Assembly: GCA_029717555.1 (NCBI GenBank)
Contig: JAMDHS010000093.1
Coordinates: 1 to 64,000, forward strand
Reading direction: 5' to 3'
Origin: Peribolospora baueri
Taxonomy: Eukaryota
Length of the DNA stretch: 64,000 nucleotides
Of the stretch, positions 10,801 to 24,052 are shown piece after piece. Position 1 is the first letter of the stretch. Each line of letters starts with the position of its first letter. Under the pieces are notes generated by a model. The model was given only the letters and a program-made list of their open reading frames with translations, made no database searches and was not told where the DNA came from. A program made the position numbers and the translations under genes.

Positions 10801-13369
10801 GGCATCGCCATCTTTCGACAAACGGTAGTGGGACTTGAAAGAAAGTCGCATAATCAGAATCTGTCCTGCAATGGAATTGGAGGGCCGCTCGTCACACACC
10901 CACCGGGTTCTTTCGAATCCTGACATTCAGAAAACTACTTCGAAGCCATCGCAACGCGCTCGCCAAATCTGTGATCGTTTTTAGGCCAATCTCGGCATTG
11001 ATGTGCTCAGTGAGCTCGTGATGGAGACTGTACAGTGAGAATGCGGAACGTTTTCACTTGTGTCCTTTTCCCATTTTTGACCGCAGAACCAGACCACACT
11101 CACTTGCTTTCGAGGATTGTACGACCGGAGGTGAGGTCCTCATACTTGGCTTTAGACTCCCTGTTCGTCAGGATGACTGCTACGCCATGGTCATCAAACT
11201 GTGGGCGGCCTGCTCTGCCGATCATCTGTACACTCGAAGCAGCTGGTGAGTGGATGGTGTCCGTGCGTATAAAGACATGGGACCTTCACCTGCAGGATAT
11301 CCATATCGGAGTAATCTCTCCATCCGTCACTAAACAGCTTTGTTCCCTTTATTATGACGCAGTGCGCCGGCAGGTTGACGCCTACTGCGAGGGACGTGGT
11401 CGCGCCTTGACACAAAACGCAGATCAGAACGCCATCTGTCAGCAAAATGATCAACTCGCACCGCTGAACCAACCGAGCAGATTGTGCTCACAGAGGACCG
11501 ACAAATTCCCATTTGTGAAGGATAATTCCACGGCCTTTCGGGAAGCCACTGAAAGTCCAGCATGATGGTAGGCAACCCCGAATTGCGCAAGGTCTGCAAG
11601 AGAACAGGTGCTTTAGTGGTTCCGTGAAGAGACGAAAGAGGATGCTCTCGGCGCTCCCCACCTTGTAGTTTCTTGTCCCCAAAAAGGACATCCATCCTAT
11701 ATGCGTGGAACAGACGCGAGAGTAAGTGTCTTCGCATATGCGTTCTGTGGCACGATGCCGCATCCCACCTTTTCGGTTTCTCCCACGGGAGGACTTGGCT
11801 CTTCTCCATCAGCGCTTTGAACTGATTTGTGAGGAACTCGGCGGTATTGATCGCTTCTTTACGGGTGGGCGTGAAGACGAGAACGGCCTTTCCTGCCGAG
11901 TGCTCCTTTATGACGGACATGAGCCTAAAAGGCAGAATGAGGATGAAAGGTGACCGTCAACGGTGTCACTGCCAAACGGGACAAGAAAGAATTATGCCAC
12001 TGACTTGTAGCTCAGTGTGGTAGCAAACGAAAATTCATTGCCCCCCTTCATCGGCGGGGGATATCCGTATACGATCTTGTGCAAAGGACAAGGGCGGTAC
12101 TCGTCGCCGAACTTGAATACGATGGCGCGACCGTCCGTAGCTTCAGCCGGAATGCTGCCACTCAGGCTTTGCTGGTTTCCAATCCATTCGCCAACATCCT
12201 CAATGTTAGGTGCGGTGGCCGAGAGGGCGAGGAAACGAATGTTGTTGCCGTACATCTTCATGCGGGCGACCACGACTTCGAGACAGGCACCGCGACGGTC
12301 GTGGAGGATGTGCACCTCGTCAATCAAAAAGAGTCGAAGCGATGATAGGATCTTTTGGTTCTCCTTCCTGCAAGGGTGCAAATGGAACGCAATTGACATC
12401 GCCTTCATCTGGACAGCATACGTGCACACCAGAGAGGGGGATATATGCACAAATTTGAGCGCTTACCATCGTCGCGTCAAAGAGTCCCACTTCTCGGGCG
12501 TGGTGACGATGACGCGGGCGGTTTTGGCCAAGTTTATATTGTTAAACCCAGTGTCGCCGGTGATTTCCACGATGTTCAGCCCAAGGTGCTGAAAGCGGGC
12601 CTTCCAGTCGTTCACGCGTTCGTCACACAAAGCCTATGCGAATACGTGCCGACGTCAGTCTAATGCGGCGATAAAGCACGGTACGAGTAAGCGTACGGGC
12701 TCCACGAAGCGCTCCCACTTTGGTAGGAGCCACGTAGACCGCTTTCGTCCATAAATTTTCCTTGGCGAGAAGGCGGAGGAGAGCGAGTTCAAATATGCAT
12801 GTCTTGCCTGACCCAGTCGGCGCGCATACAACCGCGTTCTCATCCGTATGGAAAGCCTACGTTGCCGATAAGGCGAGGAACATCCGAAACGTTAGAAGCG
12901 TGCGCCAGATGTCCCGGAGCAAATAGAGCTGTTAGTTACCGTGTCGAAGACGGCCGACTGTACGGCGTTGAACACGGGGAACTTGAACAGTTGGCGATAA
13001 GCGTCGGCTGCCGAAGACAGAGACAAGGGTCACGTAGATCGGGAGGCGAGACTGGATGTGAGCCACTTTTGTAACAATAAGGTCCACGCCACGGCTTCAT
13101 CCCCTGTCGTTGGCGGTTCATGGACGCGCTGGCACACGCTTACGAAGGTCGGACACCGGACGAAGTCTTATACCGGCGTTGCGTCCGGCGCATAGAGACT
13201 GACTCTCGACCGGGGGCCGGGGAGGGGGCGGTGCGGCGTGCGGTGCGGCGTGAAACGGACGACCGCTCGGTGTGCTGGTAAAAAAAGCGGGAATGGAAAC
13301 AACGTCGCTTTCGTCGTCGCCTATGCCATACTCGTTTGCTAGAGATTCGAAACTGATCTCGTCGTCCAT
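7808..13369 (-). CDS. MER3: Meiotic Ski2-like DExH DNA helicase Mer3/HFM1 (many introns)
   Basis: Motifs FNAVQS, CAPTGSGKT, TTPEKWDSLTRRW, FLIDEVH, LSAT, GVAYHHAGL, TSLAVGVNLPAH and QMIGRAGRPQFD, followed by a Sec63-like region (SAKAWD...LRQIESIGEKS) and a C-terminal Cys/His motif NGNYRCRHLCKDRTSCRH..CREG. Confidence 0.93.
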
Positions 13370-13497
13370 CTCCAGGTTGGTGGTGGTGACGAAGAAGACG
13401 CCGATCGCGGTGCCGGCGTAGATGAAATAACTGCGGCGATCCGCTTCTCTCGCTTTCGCGTTGGCTGGCCTCCCTCCAGTCCCGCCTCGCTTCGCTC

Positions 13498-15119
<1,622 letters not shown>

Positions 15120-16621
15120 AAGCGAAAAAGGCCTACGTTCGTATGGGCGCGGCCAATCGAATTTAGACGTAGATGGAGCGGCGTGCTCAAGCACGAGCGA
15201 GCGTTCGAAGCATGGGACGCGGCCGTGGGGATGGATGGGACTCAGGGGGTTGCGATCTGGGCGATGCCAACTTGCCGCCAGTGCACGCCAGCAGTTCGTC
15301 CTCGATCTCCCCCTCACGCGCGTTCAGGACGTGATGTGACGAGCGGCGAGCGGGGAACGCGAACCCAGCTGGACGGCGGGCTGCTGTGCCGCATTTGCAC
15401 TGCACTGCACGACCGTCGTCCCTCGTCGTGTGTCTATATTCCCTGTCTGCACGCAACGCAGGGCGGCGCGTCCGGTGGGATTCGGCGTCGCGGACAGATA
15501 GATGTGCGGTGTGGGAGTCGGGGTGGAGCGTACATACATACATGCATGTACATACATACATGCGTACTACGGAGGATGGACATGTGGATGAAATTCTGGC
15601 TCGGGCTGTGTGCGGATTGGACTGACAGAACGTCTGCCGGGTCATCGCGTCCTTCCCTCCTCTTGCAAGCCCGGCATGCCATCTATCTGAATTTCGAGAT
15701 GGAAAGAGAAAGGAAGGGCGGGGATGGCGTGTGCAAGTACACACGGAGGGTGCATGGCGTGGGCCGATGACTGGACGTGTGACGGGCGCGGGACAAAGGA
15801 GCGTCGGAGGGCGGGGCAGGCGGACGGATTGCGGGTCGACGGAAGATGGAAGGTGGAAGATGGTAAGTATGAGGATGAAGGGCCTATGATGTACCAAGAA
15901 GGCTGCGCTCGGGCGTGTGTGCGAGTATAGTACGCACATCTGCGCCTTGCGTCGGGCCCGACTCGGCGGCATTGGGGGACACGACAGGATGGGAAGGAAG
16001 GGTTTGGCTCGGTGTGATGTGGTCTTAGGCGTTGGGTGGAGAAGGCGATTCAGGGGGGTGTGACAGGAAGCAGTTAGATCAGGTCAGGTCAGGTCACAGC
16101 GTCGGTCCGTCGGTCGGTGAGAAGATAGGCAAGGCAAGCGCATTCATTCATGCACGAGCGGAGCAGCGAGTCGAGGCAAGGAAATGGAACGAGGCCCTCG
16201 TCCTTGTCCTCGCCCGTGTGAGCGCTCAACCGGAGTACATGTCCTGACCGCGGCAACAAACTGGAGCGGAAGAAGCAGCGCCCTGGAGTCTAAGCGGTAG
16301 GTTTGGTTTTGGTTTGGCGATGGCGGTGGGGACGACGAGGTTGGTGGTGGCGGCGGTGGTGATGGTGGCGAAGAAAAAGGACGACCGACTGGTCACAGCG
16401 GGCGCTTGCGCGTCGCGAGACGGTCTGGTCTTCATCCGCACCGTCCACCTGGCCGTCGTCGACGTCCTTCATCGCATCCACCACCATCCACACCAATCCA
16501 CCTCGATCTCCTCCACCTCCATCCACATTCCTCGCCACCTTGCCCTTCTGCCCCTCCCAACACCTCCCTCGTCCTCGCCTCCGGCCCGGACGATTCTCGG
16601 ATTGCCTTCTCACCCTCGCGG

Positions 16622-19600
16622 ATGCTCCCCTTCGCCCGCGCGCTGCCCTCCTCCGGCTCCAGAGTCGCAGCCCGGCGGACAGCCGCGACGTCGACGACCG
16701 CCCTCCCAGTCCGCCACACCAGCCTTCTTCAGCGCCGCACCCCCTTCGCACAAACTAGACCGCTCCATTCGGCCTTCTCTACTACTCATCCTCGCCACCT
16801 TCCCTTTCCCCCATCGCCGCCACGCAGCATGACGCCTCCACAGAACAATCACCAACGCCTCCTCACCAAGTCTCGATCGCTCGCCACCTCCTCCGCTTCC
16901 ACCCCCGTCTCCGACTTTCCTGCCTCTTTGCCTCCCGGCTACGAGCTCCAGTCCATCTCACAGCCCTCCACTCCCTCCTCCCCGCCCTTTGCCGTCTTCA
17001 AGCGGCCCCTCGAGGTCTCCGCCCTCGATGATCGCTCCTACCGGCTTGTCACCCTGCCCAACGGCCTCGAGGCCCTCCTCGTCCACGATCCAAAGACCGA
17101 CAAGGCCTCAGCTGCCTTGGACGTCCGCGTCGGCCACCTAAGCGACCCGCCCGAGCTCCAAGGCTTGGCCCACTTCTGCGAGCACCTACTCTTCATGGGC
17201 ACCGACAAGTACCCGAAGGAGAATGAGTACTCCGAGTATCTCTCCCAGCACTCCGGCTCGAGCAACGCGTACACCGGCATGGACAACACCAACTACTTCT
17301 TCGACGTCGGCCACGAGCACCTTGAGGGCGCCCTCGACCGCTTTGCCCAGTTCTTCATCGCCCCCCTCTTCGACCCCTCTTGCACCGAGCGCGAGATCCG
17401 CGCCGTCGACAGCGAGCACAAGAAGAATCTCCAGAGCGACATGTGGCGCGCCTTCCAGCTTGAAAAGACCCTCTCCGATCCCCAACACCCTTACAGCAAC
17501 TTTGGCACAGGCTCCCTTCAGACACTCTGGGACGAGCCCAGGAAAAGGGGATCCGACGTCAGGGACGAGCTCCTCAAGTTTCACGATCGATACTACAGCG
17601 CCAACATCATGAAGCTCGTCGTCCTTGGCAGAGGTCAGTCAGCTCGCTCGCTCCGTCCTTCCCAGACATCGTTTCTGCGGTGCTGGCGGCATAAATAAAT
17701 CGCTAAATATACCTCCGAGGCTGACGCTCCCTCCTTCTTCGTTCCGTCCCCACTCCGCTGCCGCTCTCTCCTTCTTCGTCCCGTCCCCACTCCGCTGCCG
17801 CTCTCAGAACCTCTCGACGTTCTGACCCAGTGGGTGACCGACAAGTTCTCACCAGTCAAGAACAAGAACATCGTCGCGCCTAGCTTCCCTCGCTCGCCTT
17901 TGACGGACAAGGAGCTGCAGACTCAAGTCTTCTTCCGCTCAGTCAAGGACATCCGCGCATTGCACATCGCCTTCCCTTTCCCTGACCAAGGTCCGCTCTT
18001 CCGAACCAAGGTGCGTCGGTCGCCCGCCCTGCTGATCCACCACCCGAACTGGCGACTGAATTTTTCATGTTCGTGCACCCTTTCCTCCACAGCCCGGTCA
18101 ATACCTGTCTCACCTCATCGGACACGAGGGCGAAGGCTCTATCCTCTCTTACCTTAAAAAGAAGGGCTGGTCGAACCACATTTCGGCCGGGGCCAGCAAC
18201 GGCGCCGACGGCTTCGAGTTCTTCAAGGTCTCTGTCGACCTCACGCAGGAAGGACTTAGTGGGTGGCACATCTACCCGTCCCGTCTCAAGAATCTTGTTC
18301 GTTTTCATCACTCACCTAATTTCTTCCTGACGTTTCTTCTTGTCTTCACTTGGTAGAGAACTACGAGAGTGTCGTTGCCGCCGTCTTCAAATACATCGAG
18401 CTGATCAAGACGACGGGAATAGCAGAGTGGAGCTTCCGCGAAGTCCAGCAGCTCTGGGACCTGGCCTTCCGCTTCAAGGAAAAGTCCCCTCCCTCGTCCT
18501 ACACCTCCAATCTCTCCTCGCAGATGCAGCAGCCTTTCCCGCGCGAGTCCATCCTTTCTGGCCCTTACTTTATCCGCGACTTTGACCTGCCCCTCATCCA
18601 GAGCTCGCTGGACTGGCTGAGCCCGGAGCGATGCCGCGTCTTTGTCGCTGCTCAGACTTTGCCGGACGGGAGCAAGGAGTGGGACAGCAAGGAGAAGTGG
18701 TACGGGACAGAATACAAACAGGTCTCGCTACCGCAGATCCAAGTCAAGGTGAGCATATCACGCTTGAACGACCTCCCACCCATACGACGTCTACTCACGC
18801 TCGCGTACGTACCGCCCGTTCCAGGCCTCTGAGCAAGACTTTGAAGACCTCGCACTGCCGAAACCGAACACTTTTATCCCTTCCGACCTGGAGGTGAAGG
18901 AGAAGAAAGCCGTAGACGACGTGAGTCGCGAGCTCCGGGAGCATTTTCGAAATTCTCGTCAGCGCTCAGCTCACGTGTGGCATATTCACCTCGTCCTCAC
19001 AGCCCCTCAAGCGACCAACGTTGCTGAGGCATACTCCGCTCTCTCGGCTCTGGCACAAGAAGGACGACCGGTTCTGGGTGCCCAAGGCCAACGTGTTCTT
19101 CCTCCTCCGTAGCCCGCTCATCGACGCGACACCCAACAACGCCGTCAAGAGCCGGTTGTTCACTGAGCTTATCAAGGACGCACTCACCGAGTACTCTTAC
19201 GATGCCGAGCTTGCCGGCTTGGGCTACAACATCGATTGCGAGGCAGATAGCATCGGCGTGAGCGTGGAAGGATACAACGACAAGCTTCCCGTTCTTTTGA
19301 AGTACATCTTCGAGCGCCTCGCCGGCTTCACCGTCGACCCGAAGCGGTTCGAGATTCTGAAGGACCTAGTGAGTACGAATCTCGGTGGTGGGACGGGGAA
19401 GCGCTTTCTCTTCCGCCGTCTGTTGACGATCATTTTATTCGCTCGACGCTCTGCGCTGCGTTCCCCTCCAGGTCCGACGAGGGTACCAAAACTTCCGACT
19501 TGATGCTCCGTACCAGCACGCCAACTATTACACCACCTACCTCACCCAGGAGCGCATGTGGACGCCGCAAGAGAAGCTGGTGGAGCTTGAGCGTGAGCAT

Positions 19601-21057
19601 TGTCTTCTCTCCTTTTCATCTCACGGTGTCGTTCGTTGGCGAACATTGGCTGACGGACTTTTGACTTTTTTTTCGAACCTTGTAATTGGGCGGGTTGCGC
19701 AGAGATGCAAGCTGAGGATATTCAAAAGTTCATCCCCGAGCTCTTGGGCCGTCTGCATCTCGAAGTCCTCGCTCATGGCAACCTTCTGAAGGAGGTGAGC
19801 GACCTCTTCTGCACTCATCTACGTGTCCTCTTTCCTCTTCAGCCTAAATCCAATCCGAACGAGCCATGACTGATCGATCCTGTTTGTTCGCGGATGGCCG
19901 GTCCTCTTATAGGATTCCATCCGGCTCGTCGAGCTGGCCGAGGGCATCCTTAAGTCGAAACCGCTAACGGCGGCCGAACTCATTTCTCATCGTTCTCTGA
20001 TGTTGCCGAGAGGTGAGTCAATGAGGGGCTTGCTTCCTGGGTGGTGGCGCCACGCTTCGATGGAGCTCACACAAATCTCATCTCGTCATCACCCCGTCCG
20101 ACAGGAAAGAGCTTCTCTTGGTCGTTGGACGTGCCGAACCCGGAGAACCTCAACTCGTCGATCGAATACTTTGTCCAAGTGGGCGACCCGATGAACTTGG
20201 AGGACCGTGCGAAACTGGCCCTCCTTTCGCAAATCGTCCAGGAGCCATGCTTTGACCAGCTGAGGACGAAGGAACAGCTCGGTTACCTCGTCTTTAGCTC
20301 TTCGCGCTCGTCGATCGGCATGCAAGGCTTCCGGATCCTCGTACAGAGCGAGCGCGACTCGCGTTACGTCGAGTCGCGCATTGACGCGTTCCTCAATTCG
20401 TTCAAGAACCACCTTGAGACCATCTCGGATGCCGAGTTTGAAGCTCAGAAGATGAGCTTGATCAACAAAAAGCTCGAGGCGGTCAAGAACCTGTACGAGG
20501 AGTCTTCCCGGTTCTGGTACCACATCCACTCCGGTTACTTCGACTTTTTGCAGCGCGAGACGGACGTGGCGAACGTGCGAAACCTGACCAAGAAGGACGT
20601 GCTCGACTTCTACCTCCTCTACGTTCATCACTCGTCCCCCACGCGGGCCAAGCTGACCGTGCACATGCGCTCGCAGATCAAGGCCCCTCGTTTCTCCAAA
20701 GCCGCCGTGGACGCCCTGGCTGACGCGGTCAAGAGCTACGGCATCGATTTGACCGAGGCTGAGTTGGAGCAGCTCAAGACGGCAGAGCCGACGGCGGAGA
20801 CGGTCAAGTCGCTCGTCAACGAAGCGCTGGCCAAGGTGCCCAACGTCCCCGCCGCCGAGCAGTCCAGCAAGCTCCTCGGTTTGGTTGACAAGCTCGCTGC
20901 GGAACACCCTGCCGAGGAAGAGGAGATTGTCGTTGTCGGTCAGGATTCCGAGGTGGCGATTGAAGACGTGGGTGCCTTCAAGGCCAGCCTTATCCCCAGC
21001 AAGGCCGCCGTCCCCGTCATTCGCCTCTCTGAACTAGCCGAGCGGGCCAACCTGTAG
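16622..21057 (+). CDS. STE23: M16A metalloprotease, insulysin/Ste23 family
   Basis: Inverted zinc motif [47 protein letters not shown] and [12 protein letters not shown]. Ends ...AERANL*. A second in-frame ATG lies at 16829. Confidence 0.95.
17731..17804. repeat. 37-bp tandem duplication (1 mismatch) at the 3' end of the first STE23 intron
   Basis: CTCCTTCTTCGT(T/C)CCGTCCCCACTCCGCTGCCGCTCT at 17731-17767 and 17768-17804, immediately before the CAG acceptor. Confidence 0.92.
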
Positions 21058-21470
21058 TTTCGCTTCGCCGTCGTCACTCGAACGCATCTTGTTTTCGCCC
21101 CCGCCTTGCTCTTTTCGTTTTCACGCCTGCTCCCGTCTCCCTTCCCCCCTCTTAGCCTGGACGCCCGTTTCGCTCGCCTCTTTCTTGGCTCTGTATTTTC
21201 TTCGTCGTTACATCATCTTGCGCAGAAATTCAACCGTAAGAGCGAGAAGAGAACTCCAGAGTGAAGTGGAGCGAGCGAGTAGAACATGAGCGACGTGATG
21301 TGATCGCGCACGGGCCATGTGTGGACTGCGGCCGTGTTGCGCCCCGGGCTCATTGGAAGCTATGGACTTTCCAAGTTCGGCTCGATCTCCATTCCAATAC
21401 CCCCCAGTCCGTCCCATACCCTCTCCAGATACCTCCCTCGCCGACATCCCATGTTCTCGAAGAAGCAGCC

Positions 21471-24014
21471 ATGGATGTCATGAACTCCTCGCCGCCTTCT
21501 CCTGCACCTCTTTCCGGTCGTCGCACGTCAAGCTCGCCGAATGTACACGCGTCACTGCCCAGCAGCGAGCACCATCGCACTCGGGGGTGGGCGAGACCGG
21601 CCTTGGCCTCGTTTCATTCAGATGGGAACGTCAACGGCGGCTCACAACGTCACGATGTTGACCGTGCGGGCGCCCACGCAGACGCAGGTGCAAACCCGAC
21701 TTTAGACGACCCCGTTTCGTCCGCGTTCTCGTCCTGGCGTCGAGTCGCCAGTGTCGCAGCGGCCAGCTCTGCGTTTCAAAAATCGGTGCGCAGGAGTCGA
21801 GAGAAGACGCCTCCGCGGGGAGGGGATCCGGACGGATTGAACGAGGAGACGGACATGTCGTTCGCTAGTCACGTCAGCGATTGGCCTTCTCTCGCCGCTC
21901 TGTTTTCTGACGACGACGACGACGACGACGATGTTCCCCCCCCCGCCGTTCCAGACGCACCCCGCGCCCCTACGATTCGGGGCAAGCAAGCAGATGTGCA
22001 AGGATCAGTGGAGAGAGACACGTCGGTGATGAGGGCGAGAAGAAGGACGAGAGCCGCTCGACGGAGCATCATGGACAGACCCCTGTCGCAACCCGTTTCC
22101 CATCCAGTGACGGCTGGGCCTTCCTCGCCTTCTCGTTCCGGTCAACCACCGGCTTCCCCCAGCTTTCTTGCCTCGCCCACCCACGCTGCGCCGGAGGGAT
22201 TGTCTTTTGAAGATCCTGACTCTTTTCTAGAAGGAGACCCCAATGTGATGATCCCTTCGGGCGATGATCCGTTGGCGTACGCCGCATCGACACGGTTGCT
22301 CGAGTCGGACGACTCTGACGACGACGAGACAAGGCCAGACAGAGCTGCCGGGGCCGGGAGTGGTGAAGCACCAGCGCAACAGCCGTCAATCCGGTGTCGA
22401 AATATCCTCTCGGCGTTGCCTTCCTTGACCCCCGCGTGGCGCGGCATCCTCAAGTGCGCCCTGGCTTATCTCATCGCTTCCCTTTTCACCTATGTACCTG
22501 CTCTCACTCGTGTCCTCTCCGCAACCGTTCACGAGCCCGCCGAAATGCCCGTCTCGAATGCTCACATGATCGCTACCATCGTGTGTTATTATCATCCCGC
22601 CAAAACTCGAGGCGCAATGGTGGAGGCCGACTACTTTGCTGTCGGCGCTTTTGTCTGGGCCATGGCGGTGAGCGAGGGCAGCATGGCTTGTGCAGTCTGG
22701 CTCAATAACGCGGGGTTGCCCACGCTCGGGCACGTGGTCACCGTGGTCTTTTGGATAGGTGTTTCTATGGCCTGCGTTGCTTGGGCAAAGGTCAGGGTTG
22801 GAAAACCCACGTTCAACACGGGTGAGTGTTTTCCACGGACAGCGAAGGCGGTCGTGAGTAGCGACATTATGGCACCTTCCTTTGTGAACCTCGGACATGC
22901 ATTTTCTTCCTTTTTACAGCGTGTTCGATGATAGCAGTCATCTGCTTTGTCATGTGAGGATGACAGCGACAGGATGGACCGCTCGAGCTCCAACTGATTG
23001 ACCTTTTTTTGTGTCTGGCGTAAAACGCAGCATCGCCAAAGAGGGCTCCGTGCATTTGGGGCAATTCGAAACGGACAAAGTTTTGCAGGTGAGCGTTGGA
23101 CCTGGAAAAGGCGAGTATAAGACGGTCTCTGGGCGCTGATGAGCGCTCCTCCTTCTCCGTTCGCACGGGCAGACGACGTTCATCGTGTTTATCGGGACGG
23201 TCATTTCCAATATCGTCTGCTTCTGTCTCTGGCCACAGAGCGCGACAGACAGACTGCAGTAAGTGGATGCTATCTTTTCATCGTCGCGTTCAGGCACAAC
23301 TGACTCGCCTTGCTCGTGCGACCGTTTATAGACAAGACATCGACAGATCTTTGGTTTCTTTCGCCTTTTTGCTCAAAACCCTAACAAAGGTCTTCTTGTT
23401 AGACGACCCCACCGGACTTAGTTTCTCGTCCGAAAAGCTCAAAAGAGCAATCGAGGATCATCACTCTTCCTTCACGTCCCTCAAGAAAGATTTGGCGGAC
23501 GCCAAGCTCGAATGGCCCTTCGACGTCCGCATCCATGGCATGGAGCACAGCTACGACCTTGTTGTCCGAGTTCTCAATGAACTGGCTCAGCACCTGAACG
23601 GACTGAGGAGCAGCTGCGGCCTCCAATTCGAGCTCATCAACGCTCAGCGGGAGCTCGAACGTTCGGGGGAAAAGGGGAAAACGGCAGCCAACGCAACGCC
23701 CGCTGATCAGCCGGACGATGCCAGGTTGCCGCATGCTAAGCGTTCGCCAGGGTCTCCCGACGCTGAGAAAACGCTCCAGGAAGAAGCAGCCGTCTTCAAC
23801 ACTTTTGTGGAGAATGTAGGCCCTCACATGCGTTCATTGACGTTCATATGCAACCGTATCCTCGGCCGTCTGAGGACGACTTTTGCTGGGAGCGACAAAC
23901 GCGCGAGCCAATCGCGTCGCCAACCGGCGGACTTTGACTCCCTAAGAGCAGACTTGTCCAATGCTCTTCGGCGCTTCGAAGTAGAACAGAACGTGGCTAT
24001 CAAGTGAGCCTTTA

Positions 24015-24052
<38 letters not shown>

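Noticed and set aside
8700..12900. Visibly lower GC over MER3 (possible horizontal transfer)
   Set aside because: Typical host-style introns and a eukaryote-specific gene; weak codon bias of a low-expression gene is sufficient explanation.
15183..16300. 195-261 aa ORFs, a duplicated GTACATACATACATGC and AGGTC repeats in the MSW1-STE23 spacer
   Set aside because: Low-complexity composition with no recognisable domain or splice pattern; the repeats are simple slippage products.
20089..20907. Long antisense ORFs (also 33817-34692, 31152-32039, 6457-7383)
   Set aside because: Shadows of GC3-rich sense genes.
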